DNA from: Bacteroidota bacterium
Lineage (GTDB): Bacteria > Bacteroidota > Bacteroidia > 2-12-FULL-35-15
Assembly (NCBI GenBank): GCA_016707685.1
Contig: JADJHE010000003.1
Span: forward strand, 5,934-69,933
DNA: 64,000 nucleotides
Direction: 5' to 3'
Of this stretch, positions 1 through 10,371 are shown in pieces (positions within the stretch are counted from its first letter, which is position 1; every line of letters starts with the position of its first letter). The position numbers and the translations under genes were made by a program. The notes beneath the pieces are model-generated. The model saw only the letters and a program-made list of their open reading frames with translations, ran no database searches and had not been told where the DNA came from.

Positions 1-1
1 C

Positions 2-559
2 TTTTTACTGCCTCTTGCTGTATTGCTTTCCATTTTCCCCGGAATCTTCGGCTCCTTTATGCTTTTAAAGGTGATGGGATTAAGTAATGATGTTTACGCA
101 CAAGTAGGCTTAATTATGCTTACCGGACTGCTCGGTAAAAATGCCGTACTGATTGTTGAATTTGCTGTTCAAAAACACAACAAAGGAGCATCTGTTTACG
201 AATCGGCAATTGAAGGAGCGCGAGCGCGTTTCCGACCAATTCTTATGACCTCCTTTGCGTTTATTGCTGGTTTAATTCCTTTGGTAATAGCAACAGGACC
301 GGGTGCTGTAGGAAATCATACCATTGGCGCATCGGCACTTGGAGGTATGTTGTTCGGGACTGTTTTTGGTGTAATCATCGTTCCCGGCTTGTATTACATT
401 TTCGCAAAAATGTCGGAAGGAAGAAAATTAATAAAAGAAGAAGACGAAAATCCTTTAACAGAAAACATTATGGAAAGCAATTCAGAAGAATCGTTTACAA
501 AAAAGGTAACAGAAATCGTAACTAAAACGCTAAACAAAAATGACAACAAAAATAATTAA
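2..559 (+). CDS. RND multidrug efflux permease (AcrB/HAE1 family), C-terminal part; gene begins upstream of the window
   Basis: Translation shows the C-terminal transmembrane bundle of RND pumps (…GKNAVLIVEFAVQ…RFRPILMTSFAFIAGLIPLV…). The frame is open from the window edge. Confidence 0.85.
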   Translation, partial: FLLPLAVLLSIFPGIFGSFMLLKVMGLSNDVYAQVGLIMLTGLLGKNAVLIVEFAVQKHNKGASVYESAIEGARARFRPILMTSFAFIAGLIPLVIATGPGAVGNHTIGASALGGMLFGTVFGVIIVPGLYYIFAKMSEGRKLIKEEDENPLTENIMESNSEESFTKKVTEIVTKTLNKNDNKNN

Positions 560-1969
560 CAGAGCTATCGTTGTTGCTCTAATAACCGCGTTTTTAGGGG
601 GCTGTGTTCCTGTTTTAAAAAACACAAAAACGCTAAACAAAGAAGTTCCTTCGAGTTATAACAGCTCGAAGGACACTGTTACTATCGCGAAAATAAAGTG
701 GAAAGACTATTTTTCTGATGCCAACTTAATTGCGCTCATTGATACTGCTCTAAAAAATAATCAAGAGCTAAACATCATGCTGCAAGAAATTCAAATCAGC
801 AAAAACGAGGTAAGGGCGCGCAAAGGAGAATACCTTCCTTTTGTTGGCTTACAAGGTGCTGCTGGTCTAGAAAAGCTTAGTAAATACACTTGGAGAGGGG
901 GCGTTGAAGACAATTTAAATGTAACAAACAATCCCGAAGCGATTGAATCACAATCCGATTTTATGCTTGGACTTGGTGCCTCTTGGGAAATCGATGTTTG
1001 GAAAAAATTGCGCAACGCTAAAAATCAGCTGTCTACAAGTATTTATCAAGTATTGAAGGCAAAAATTTTATGGTAACAAACCTGATTGCTGAAATTTCGA
1101 ATAGCTATTATGAGTTGATGGCTTTGGATAATATGCTCGATATTTTGCAAAAGAACATGCAAATTCAAAGCGATGCACTCAAAGTAATAAAGGAACAAAA
1201 AAACGCTGCAAAAGTAACGCAGCTTGCTGTAAACAGGTTTGAAGCACAGCTACTAAACACTCAAAATCTTCAGTACGGTATTAAGCAACAAATTGTAGAA
1301 ACAGAAAACCGTATTAACTTTTTAACCGGTCGCTTTCCAAAGCCTATTGAACGCAATTGGAAATCGTTTTTCGATTTAGCAACCGATTCTATTCAAGCAG
1401 GGATTCCTTCTCAATTGCTAGCAAACAGGCCCGATATCAGACAAACAGAAATGGATTTAGCTGCAGCTAAACTGGATATAAAAGTTGCTCGCGCTAATTT
1501 TTATCCATCCTTCAAAATCACAGCAGGAGCCGGTTTTCAAGCATTTAATCCTTCTGTGCTAATTAATCCTCAATCGATTATTTATACGCTTGCTGGTGAT
1601 TTGGTGGCGCCATTGATAAATAGAAATGCTATTAAAGCAAACTATTATACTGCAAGCGCGAAACAAATTCAAGCGGTTTATAATTATGAAAAAACCATTT
1701 TAAATGCACACATCGATGTGCTCAATCAGCTTTCGAAGATTGATAATTTTGGAAAAAGTTATGATGTAAAATCGAAAGAAGTTGATTTGCTAAATCAATC
1801 AATAGGCATCTCTAATAATTTGTTTCAATCAGCACGAGCAGATTATATGGAAGTGTTGTTAACACAGCGCGAAGCGCTGGAATCAAAACTTGAGTTGATT
1901 GAAATTAAAACAAAACAAATGAATGCAAAAATTGGAATTTACAAAGCTTTAGGTGGCGGCTGGAACTAA
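540..1969 (+). CDS. RND efflux outer membrane factor lipoprotein (NodT/OprM/TolC family), interrupted by a frameshift near 1022-1030
   Basis: Lipoprotein signal (…LGGCVPVL). ORFs 540..1076 and 1070..1969 together give a contiguous OMF-like sequence (…WEIDVWKKLRNAKN | SAVYKYLSSIEGKNFMVTNLIAEISNSYYELMALD…). The frame switches at an A5 run. It lies immediately downstream of the RND permease. Confidence 0.8.
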
Positions 1970-1984
1970 ATTCAATAAACAAAA

Positions 1985-2018
1985 AAGCCCCAAGCAACGT
2001 GTTGCTTGGGGCTTTTTC
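1985..2018 (+). terminator. Rho-independent terminator (GC hairpin followed by T-run)
   Basis: aaaaaaGCCCCAAGCAACgtgTTGCTTGGGGCttttt. Confidence 0.7.
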
Positions 2019-2040
2019 ATTCGTTTTTTTACTCTTATTC

Positions 2041-2090
2041 TACTTCATCCCTTTGCGTTCTCTCCAAATTTGGTTGAATGATTTAGGTGC
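2041..2090 (-). repeat. 50-bp duplicated copy of the lutB 3' end (2 mismatches to 3157-3206), minus-strand orientation
   Basis: tacttcatccctttgcgttctctccaaatttggttgaatgatttaggtgc matches tacttcattcctttacgttctctccaaatttggttgaatgatttaggtgc. Both substitutions are synonymous in the LutB frame (…APKSFNQIWRERKGMK*). Confidence 0.7.
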
Positions 2091-2138
2091 TTTGAGCGCT
2101 TCTTCTTCTTTTTTTTTATAATACTTATTAATTGCTCT

Positions 2139-3017
2139 TTGTCTTCATTGGGACAGACTCCAGATTATTTTGCAAATGACCCAAAGTGGGTTTGTGGACT
2201 ATGGAACTCTAACCAGTGGAGCCCTCCATACATCGCTTCTACATCTACCTATGTGTACTATTTAAATGGCGATACAACAATAAATGGGAAAATTTATCAT
2301 CGTTTATTTTCAAGGGGCGAAACTGTTTTTGCCGGACCCATAACATCTATAAGCTTTGATAGCTTTACCGGTCATTTCTTAAGACAGCAAAATAAAGATA
2401 TTTATTCCCTTGTTGACACAACAGAAAGCTTGTTGGTTAGTTATAACTATGCCTTAGGCGATACGGTTAGGGGTTCTATTTTTCAGGCTTGTGGCTTTAA
2501 TCAAGCTACCATCCAAAAAATTGATTCTGTATTAATAAACACTTCTTTTAGAAAGGTTTTCTATTTAGATTCTGTGGCGGGTCCATTATTTACAGAGGGG
2601 GTCGGCCATCAACTCGAAACCAATAGTTCAATAGGAGAATTTATTTTTCCCTTATGCCAAGGGGTCGGTTTTGATTATACAATTTCTTGTTTTGGCTTTG
2701 GAAACACCGCCTATTGGGACTCGCAAGGTTCGGGGGGTAATTGTTTTTTAAATCTTAGTGTTTCGGAAAAAGAAAGCCCAGAAAAAACAGCTGTTTTTCC
2801 TAACCCTTCTTCCGGTTCTGTTTGGGTTTCTTTTGAAAAAACACATCCGTCTGTTTCTGTTGTTATTTATAATGTTTTAGGACAGGAAATTGATAGAAAA
2901 ACCTATTCAAACACTTCAAAAATTAATCTAGATTTTGATGGTCCACGAGGAATTTATTATCTCGAAACCCTTTTTGACAATAAAGAAAAAAGCACGCTTA
3001 AATTCATTAAACAATAA
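2139..3017 (+). pseudogene. N-terminally truncated T9SS C-terminal-domain cargo protein (gene fragment)
   Basis: The C-terminus has a T9SS sorting-domain pattern (…TAVFPNPSSGSVWVSFEK…YYLETLFDNKEKSTLKFIKQ). The 292-aa frame contains no ATG or Met and no signal peptide, and a stop lies 60 bp upstream. A T9SS cargo protein needs a Sec signal, so this is a remnant. Confidence 0.5.
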
Positions 3018-3156
3018 AACGTTTTACGCGAAGATTATCTGTTAAATGGTAAAATGGAAGACTCCGAATGTTATTCTTTGCTTAAACACGAATGGGAATT
3101 AACAAAATACCCCCCCTCCAACAACTAACAACCAACAACTATCAACAAGCCTTCCC

Positions 3157-4539
3157 CTACTTCATTCCTTTACGTTCTCTCCAAATTTGGTTGAATGATT
3201 TAGGTGCAACTTGTGGTAAATCTCTGCGTTCGCCCCATTGTTTTTTAAAGAATTGTTTTAGCATAAAGTTTTTCAACTTTGCTCCGCCTTTGTCCATTTT
3301 ACTGCGTTTTAGCATAGCGCCTTTCCAGAAAAACCAAACCCAGTTTTCTGTTTTTGTGGTCAATCCTTTTTTAATAAAATCGGCACGGTTCAACAATAAC
3401 AATTTGTGAATGTCAATCTTTACAGGGCAAACATCGGTACATTTTCCGCAAAGCGTTGATGCAAAACTTAAATGCTTGTATTCGTTTGTGTCTTTTAAAT
3501 AAGGCGTTATCACCGAACCAATTGGTCCGCTATACGTGGTTCCATAGCTATGACCGCCCACTGTTTGGTAAACCGGACAAGCGTTTAAACATGCGCCACA
3601 ACGTATGCACGAAAGCGCTCTGCGTTGTTCTGTTTCTGCTAATAAATTGGTGCGTCCATTGTCCAACAAAATCACAATCATTTCATCCGGACCGTCTACC
3701 TCTCCTGCTTGTTTTGGTCCGCTATAAATGGTGTTATACACCGTCATTTGTTGTCCGGTACCATGTGTTGCCAACAAAGGCCAAAACAACTCTAAATCAT
3801 TAATTGAAGGCACTACTTTTTCGATGCCCACAATCACAATTTGTACTTTTGGAAACGACATGGAAAGCACACCATTTCCTTCGTTTTCGGTTACTGCAAT
3901 TGCTCCTGCATCGGCAATAATAAAATTGGCTCCACTTACACCAACCTCTGCTTTGCTATATTTTTCGCGCAACTGAAGACGCACATAGGTTGTTATTTGT
4001 TCGGGTGTCCAATCAAGTGGTGTTTGTTTTTTCTCGTGAAATGTTTTTGCAACATCTTCTTTTGAAAGGTGCATTGCTGGTGTTACAATGTGGTAGGGCG
4101 CTTCATTGCGCATTTGTACAATGTATTCACCCAAATCAGTTTCTATGCTTTCAATTCCCGCTTCTTTTAACTCATCGTTAAAATCAATTTCTTCGGTAGT
4201 CATCGACTTTGCTTTTACCACAGTTTTGGCATTTGCCTTTTTCATGATTTGCAAACTCTCTTTTATCGCTTCTTCTGCATCCTGCGCCCATATTACCCTT
4301 CCTCCTCTTCTAATAAAATTTCCCTCAAACTCGATCAAATATTTTTCAAGATTGTCTACCGCTTTTTGTTTGCGCTCAGCTGCTCTTGTTCGTGCCAATT
4401 CCATATTCGAAAATTGCTCTTTTCCCTCCAACACTTTTTTATCGTATTGAGCAATATTGAAATTAATCGTTTTACGATGATCCGCATCAAACGCCTTTAT
4501 TTCCGATGCTTCTAAAAATGCTTCTAATGCTTTTGACAT
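3157..4539 (-). CDS. lutB: LutB-like iron-sulfur protein (LUD domain plus two 4Fe-4S ferredoxin motifs), lactate utilisation protein B family
   Basis: CIRCGACLNACPVYQ and CGKCTDVCPVKIDIHKLL motifs. Length 460 aa. Architecture typical of LutB/YkgF. Confidence 0.8.
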   Translation of the reverse strand: MSKALEAFLEASEIKAFDADHRKTINFNIAQYDKKVLEGKEQFSNMELARTRAAERKQKAVDNLEKYLIEFEGNFIRRGGRVIWAQDAEEAIKESLQIMKKANAKTVVKAKSMTTEEIDFNDELKEAGIESIETDLGEYIVQMRNEAPYHIVTPAMHLSKEDVAKTFHEKKQTPLDWTPEQITTYVRLQLREKYSKAEVGVSGANFIIADAGAIAVTENEGNGVLSMSFPKVQIVIVGIEKVVPSINDLELFWPLLATHGTGQQMTVYNTIYSGPKQAGEVDGPDEMIVILLDNGRTNLLAETEQRRALSCIRCGACLNACPVYQTVGGHSYGTTYSGPIGSVITPYLKDTNEYKHLSFASTLCGKCTDVCPVKIDIHKLLLLNRADFIKKGLTTKTENWVWFFWKGAMLKRSKMDKGGAKLKNFMLKQFFKKQWGERRDLPQVAPKSFNQIWRERKGMK

Positions 4540-4579
4540 ACCTTTTTGTTTTTACAATCCACCCTTAACAAACAACACT

Positions 4580-6144
4580 TTATTTTTTATTGCTATCTAC
4601 TTTTATTCGCTCTGTTCTATTCGCCAATTCCCACGCGGTGAAAAACACCAAGCGTGTAATTTTTTCCATTTTATTAAAATCGATTTTAGCTACTTCATCT
4701 GTTTCCTTGTGGTAATCGGCATGTACACCATTAAAATAAAAGATTACTGGAATACCATTTTTTGCGAAGTTGTAATGATCCGAACGGTAATAAAAACGGT
4801 TCTTGTCTTTTCATCGTTGAAGGTATAATCCAATTCTAAATTGCTGTATGTTTTATTTGCTTTTTCGCTTATTTGGTGCAGCTCCGAGCTTAATTTATCC
4901 GACCCAATCAAATACACGTAATTGGAGTTGTTGGCGTGTTTTTTGTCTAAGCGATTAATCATATCAATATTTAAATTACAGACCGTGTTCTTCAGCGGAA
5001 ACTCCGGGTTTTCGGTATAATAAGCCGAGCCCAACAATCCTTTTTCTTCACCCGAAACGGTCATGAACAACATACTTCTGCGTGGACCATGTCCTTCTTT
5101 TTTTGCTTTTGTAAATGCTTCTGCAAGTTCTATCACTGCTACCGTTCCCGAACCATCATCATCCGCACCATTAAATACCACATCGCCTTCTTTTCCTAAA
5201 TGATCGTAATGCGCAGTGATTACAATCAACTCCTCTTTTAAATCGCTTCCTTCTACATAGCCCAAAACATTTTCAGCAAGCACTTTTTCGGTAAGGTTTT
5301 TTATGACAATGTTCAGCTCCGTTTTTGCTTTAAAGGCTTGTGGTTGCTCGGTTTTGCTAATGCTTGCTTTTAGTTCTTCCACCTTTTTTTTCTTCAGAAT
5401 TGTATTGGCTACTTCAGTCGAAATATAAATAACCGGCATTTCAATTCCTGAATTATCACGTTTTAATGAGCTTGATTCCAAGCGGTGTTTGTTTTTTTCT
5501 ACATTTTTTGGAACATCGTCAACCACCACCAATAAAAGCGTTGCGCCTTGTTCGCGTGCTTTTTGAATTTTATTTTTATAATACGTTGTCCATAACGATG
5601 CCTCTTTTGTACCACTAATAACAGATGTTCCGTCTTGCTTGTAAGGCTCGCCACTCAATATCATTACAACTTTTCCCTTCACATCATTATTCGCATAATC
5701 GTTGTAGTTTTTTTCTTCAATGCCATAACCTAAAAACAGCACATCTTTAGCGTTAATGGTTTGTTCGCTCAATCCTGGGAAATGGTAAAAATCTTTTTTT
5801 GCTTCCAGAAATTTTCCTTTCAGTTTTATTTCGGCTGCCTTGGGCAATACCATTTGCAAGGAATAGGTTTGGTAATAGGTGTCTTCTTTATAAGGTGGAA
5901 TGCCGAATGATTTGAATTGTCCTTGGATATAATCGGCCGCTAATTTTTGTCCTTGTTTACCTGTTTCTCTTCCTTCAAAAGCATCAGAAGCAATTACGGT
6001 TAAATGAGTTTCAAGCACATCAGCAGTAATCACTTTCGAATAGCGTATCGCGGTCGTGTCTTTCTGGGCAAAAAGGCTTATTGAAACGAATAATAAAGCA
6101 ACAACACTTCGTACTATTTGAATTTTCTTTTTCTGCATTAACAT
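4580..6144 (-). CDS. M28 family aminopeptidase with PA domain; frameshift near 4795-4803
   Basis: Signal peptide plus M28 motifs (…FMTVSGEEKGLLGSAYY…). The conserved C-terminus (…FYYRSDHYNFAKNGIPVIFYFNGVHADYHKETDEVAKIDF…) continues in another frame after …NDEK. True stop is at 4580. Confidence 0.8.
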
Positions 6145-6575
6145 CCTCCGCTTATTTTATTTACTCTATCAGTATGTCTTCCACCCTCAAAAGCTGTTGA
6201 ATAGAAAATATCCACACATTTCTTTGCTTCTTCTTCGGTGATGTATCGTGCAGGTAGGGTTAAAATATTTGCATCGTTGTGTAAACGAGCCAATTCCGCA
6301 ATTTCGGCATTCCAGCATAGTGCCGAACGAATTCCTTTGTGTTTATTAGCGGTCATGTTTATTCCGTTTCCACTACCACACATCAACAAACCAAAATCGA
6401 ATTCTTTGCTTTCTACTGCGTTTGCCACTGGATGAGCAAAATCGGGATAATCAGCACGCTCTTCGGAATAACAACCAAAATCTTTTACTTCAAAACCTTT
6501 TGATTGAAGATAAACCTTTATTTTCTCTTTTAATTGAAAAGCTGCGTGGTCACAACCGATTGCTATTTTGCTCAT
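6138..6575 (-). CDS. rpiB: Ribose-5-phosphate isomerase B
   Basis: MSKIAIGCDHAAF…LMCGSGNGINMTANKH… is typical of RpiB/LacAB. Its stop overlaps the M28 start by 4 bp, so they form an operon. Confidence 0.9.
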   Translation of the reverse strand: MSKIAIGCDHAAFQLKEKIKVYLQSKGFEVKDFGCYSEERADYPDFAHPVANAVESKEFDFGLLMCGSGNGINMTANKHKGIRSALCWNAEIAELARLHNDANILTLPARYITEEEAKKCVDIFYSTAFEGGRHTDRVNKISGGC

Positions 6576-7158
6576 AAATTTGCTTTTATTAATTACCGTT
6601 TTTTATGCGGCTTTGTTAAATTCGTTTACAATTTGTTGATTTCGGGCGTAGCCCGCGAAAATTTTGTTTTTAGCACCTAAATATTTAGGGTTATTAACAG
6701 CTATTAACACGCTTGTAAAGTTCAAAAATAAAGTGCTGATAATTAACACTGTAGTTTTTATTTTATTAACATTAAAAGTGTTGATAATAAAAGGTTCTGT
6801 TATTAATGTGTAGAAGATTTTTCTTGCTTTGTTAATTTATTATCTCGCTTGCATTAATATTTCATACTTCCTACAAAAACTTACAAGTATTTTATACAAT
6901 GAATGAACAATTTTATAAAGGAATTAACAGTACTTTTGCAAAGAAGTTATTAGGTAACAAGTATACTAACACACTGTTAATAAACATTGATTTAGTTATA
7001 CTTCAAACAGTTAGAGTGTAACAACTTCTTAACTACTGTTGATGAACTGTTATAATTGATAAATACAATGTTTTAATAAACATTTTTTACACTAAACTAA
7101 CAGACCAATAACAACAACAAATTTTATTTAAAATTAAATATTAAAATATATTATTGTT

Positions 7159-8178
7159 ATGGGAGATGATTTGCAAACAAAAGGTTTTCTTGATATTCCA
7201 ATTGATTTATCACTAGATTTGTTCGCTGAAATAAACAAACTCAAAAAAGAAAAAAATGCAATCATTCTTGCCCACTATTACCAGGATGCCGATATTCAAG
7301 ACATTGCCGATTACATTGGCGATAGTTTAGGCCTTTCGCAAGAAGCAGCAAAAACCAATGCTGATATTATTGTTTTCGCTGGAGTTCATTTTATGGCTGA
7401 AACCGCGAAAATTTTATCACCAAGTAAAAAAGTGTTGTTGCCCGATTTAAAGGCTGGTTGTTCATTAGCAGATTCTTGTCCAGCAGATAAGTTTGCAGAA
7501 TTTAAAAAGCAATATCCAAATCATTTAGTTATTTCGTACATCAATTGTACTGCCGATTTAAAAACACATACAGATATTGTTTGTACGTCTACTAACGCAT
7601 TACAAATTGTTGAGAGTCTTCCTAAAGAGCAAAAGATCATATTTGCGCCTGATAAAAATTTAGGTGCTTATATCAAGAAAAAAACGGGTCGTGATATGGT
7701 TTTATGGGATGGAGCTTGTATGGTTCACGAGATTTTTTCATTGGAAAAGATTGTGAAGTTGAAAAATCAACATCCTGGAGCTTTGTTATTAGCACACCCT
7801 GAATGTGAGGCAAATTTGTTGGATATAGCGGATTATATTGGAAGTACTACAGGAATACTTAACTATGCTACTAAATCGTCTGCTAAAGAGTTTATTGTAG
7901 CTACAGAAGCAGGAATTATACATCAAATGCAATTAAAAAATCCTGATAAAACATTTATACCTGCTCCACCAAACAATTCATGTGCTTGTAACGATTGTCC
8001 GCACATGAAATTAAATACATTGGAAAAGCTTTATAACTGTTTAAAATATGAGCAACCAGAGATTTTAATGGATAAAGATTTAATTGAAAAGCTCGTAAAC
8101 CGATCGAAAAAATGCTTGAATTATCTGCTAAATTTGGCTTATAATTTATATAATATTTTGATTTACAAGTACTTATAA
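7159..8178 (+). CDS. nadA: Quinolinate synthase A
   Basis: …[24 protein letters not shown]…FMAETAKIL… with the conserved Cys ligands. Length 339 aa. Confidence 0.9.
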   Translation: MGDDLQTKGFLDIPIDLSLDLFAEINKLKKEKNAIILAHYYQDADIQDIADYIGDSLGLSQEAAKTNADIIVFAGVHFMAETAKILSPSKKVLLPDLKAGCSLADSCPADKFAEFKKQYPNHLVISYINCTADLKTHTDIVCTSTNALQIVESLPKEQKIIFAPDKNLGAYIKKKTGRDMVLWDGACMVHEIFSLEKIVKLKNQHPGALLLAHPECEANLLDIADYIGSTTGILNYATKSSAKEFIVATEAGIIHQMQLKNPDKTFIPAPPNNSCACNDCPHMKLNTLEKLYNCLKYEQPEILMDKDLIEKLVNRSKKCLNYLLNLAYNLYNILIYKYL

Positions 8179-8231
8179 TTTATTTTTAGGTTATAATTTA
8201 TTATTTTATCTACCTTTGAAAAATTTTTATC

Positions 8232-8396
8232 ATGAGATTAATCTTTCCTTTAATTCTTGTTTTTGCTGCTTTGGTTTGGGCTTCTTATGCTTATTTTATT
8301 AAGAAAGATGCGAAATTAGCTAAGCAAATTGTTAGTTATACCGCATTTTTTGCTGTTATGTGGGTTGGATTATTCTTTTTAATTTTCTATAAATAA
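8232..8396 (+). CDS. Small (54 aa) two-helix membrane protein; its stop overlaps the mnmG start (TAATG)
   Basis: MRLIFPLILVFAALVWASYAYFIKKDAKLAKQIVSYTAFFAVMWVGLFFLIFYK. It falls below the ORF-track length cutoff. Coding status is unproven. Confidence 0.3.
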   Translation: MRLIFPLILVFAALVWASYAYFIKKDAKLAKQIVSYTAFFAVMWVGLFFLIFYK

Positions 8397-10301
8397 TGTT
8401 TAAAGAATACGATGTAATTGTTGTTGGTGCTGGTCATGCGGGCTGTGAAGCTGCAGCTGCAGCTGCTAATATGGGTTCTTCTACCCTTTTGGTTACAATG
8501 AATATGCAAACCATTGCACAAATGAGTTGTAATCCTGCAATGGGTGGAATTGCAAAGGGACAGATAGTTCGAGAGATCGATGCAATTGGTGGTTATTCCG
8601 GTATTGTTACCGATAGAACTGCAGTTCAATTTAGAATGTTAAATCGTTCTAAAGGTCCTGCGATGTGGAGTCCACGAGCACAAAGTGATCGTCATCGTTT
8701 TGCGGAAGAGTGGAGAGTAATGTTGGAGAATACTCCTAACCTTGATTTTTGGCAAGATATGGCAAAAGGATTATTGGTTGAGAATGGAAAAGTGTGTGGT
8801 ATTGTAACAGGAATGGATGTAGAGATAAGAGCCAAAGCTGTTGTTTTAACCAATGGAACTTTTTTAAATGGAGTAATTCATTTAGGTGAAAAGCAATATG
8901 GTGGAGGCCGTGCTGGTGAAAAAGCGAGTACTGGAATTACGGAACAATTAATTCAATTAGGTTTCGAAGCAGGTCGAATGAAAACAGGAACTCCTCCTCG
9001 AGTTGATGGAAGATCTTTAGATTATTCAAAAATGGAAGTGCAGCATGGCGATGAAAATCCCTGCTAAATTTTCATTTATGGATGTAAATCAATTTGAGTT
9101 TAGAAAGAAAAAAACAGATGCTTTTGCTAACGGACCCGAAATGCAAATGCCATGTTATATCACCTATACAAATTCTGAAGTACATGAAATATTAAAAACG
9201 GGGTTTGAAAAGTCACCCATGTTTACTGGTCGTATTCAAGGTTTAGGTCCGAGATATTGTCCAAGTATTGAAGATAAAATTACACGATTTGCTGAGAGAG
9301 ATCGTCATCAAGTTTTTGTTGAACCCGAAGGTTGGAATACGGTTGAGATTTATGTGAACGGTTTTTCTACTTCATTGCCCGAAGATGTTCAATACAAAGC
9401 ATTGAAAAAAATACCAGGATTTGAGAATGTAAAAATGTTCCGTCCTGGTTATGCAATTGAATACGATTATTTTCCGCCTCAACAATTGGCGTTAACATTA
9501 GAAACAAAGTTGGTTGAGAATTTATATTTTGCAGGTCAGATTAATGGTACAACTGGATATGAAGAAGCAGCTTGTCAAGGTCTAATGGCAGGTATAAATG
9601 CACACTTAAAAATTAACGGAAAAGAGCCATTTATTTTAAATAGATCAGAAGCATACATTGGAGTTTTGATTGACGATTTAGTTACGAAGGGAACGGAAGA
9701 ACCATATCGTATGTTTACCTCAAGAGCAGAATATAGAATTTTATTACGTCAAGATAATGCAGATATTCGTTTAACTCCAAAGGCATTTGAGATTGGTTTA
9801 GCATCTCAAGAACGTTTGAACCGAGTGAATGAAAAGATTAAAAATGCGCAAGAAATAATTAAATATTTCAAAACAGAAAGTATAGATCCTGAAGAAATAA
9901 ATCCAGCTTTAGAATTAATTGGCTCCTCTCCTATTGTCCAAAAAGTTAAAATGTTTGGAGTGTTAACCCGTCCTACTATTACACTTTTGGACTTTGCTTT
10001 GAATTCTCCAAAGGTGAAAGAATTTATTTCTAAGTATGATTTAGACAGTATTGAGCAGGCTGAAATTTTGATGAAGTATGAAGGATATATTTCAAAGGAA
10101 CACGAGTTGGTTGACAAACAAACTCGTTTAGAAGATTTAATATTGCACGATGATTTTGATTATAAAAGGTTAACATCATTATCTGCAGAAGCTCGTGAAA
10201 AGCTAACAAAAGTTCGTCCAAGAACAATTGGTCAAGCTTCCCGAATTTCTGGAATTACCCCATCCGATATTTCAATTTTAATGGTGTATCTTGGTAGATA
10301 G
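8396..10301 (+). CDS. mnmG: tRNA uridine 5-carboxymethylaminomethyl modification enzyme MnmG (GidA), split by a frameshift at a C-run near 9059-9062
   Basis: N-terminal FAD-binding motif [20 protein letters not shown]. ORFs 8396..9067 and 9045..10301 join as …QHGDENP|AKFSFMD…, and MnmG is normally one ~620-aa protein. Confidence 0.9.
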
Positions 10302-10314
10302 TTCCACGTGGAAC
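10301..10314. promoter_or_regulatory. Perfect 14-bp palindrome GTTCCACGTGGAAC (copy 1), abutting the mnmG stop codon
   Basis: Exact inverted repeat gttccac/gtggaac. Confidence 0.5.
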
Positions 10315-10345
10315 ACCCCAAGTTTATACCTTAATTATATATTAA

Positions 10346-10359
10346 GTTCCACGTGGAAC
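10346..10359. promoter_or_regulatory. Perfect 14-bp palindrome GTTCCACGTGGAAC (copy 2), 13 bp upstream of the methyltransferase ATG; likely an operator overlapping the promoter
   Basis: Exact copy. An AT-rich -10-like segment (ttataccttaattatatattaa) lies between copies 1 and 2. Confidence 0.5.
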
Positions 10360-10371
10360 AATTTAGGTTAT

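Noticed and set aside
791-1015. Minus-strand 74-aa ORF, and similar antisense or overlapping ORFs throughout the track (e.g. 3456..3803, 9806..10117, 33168..33869, 57361..57735)
   Set aside because: They lie entirely inside well-supported genes on the opposite strand or in another frame and have low-complexity composition. They are shadow ORFs.
3092-3409. Plus-strand 105-aa ORF spanning the lutB 3' junction
   Set aside because: It overlaps the conserved lutB coding sequence on the opposite strand and its product is low-complexity. The interesting feature here is the duplicated 50-bp segment, not this ORF.
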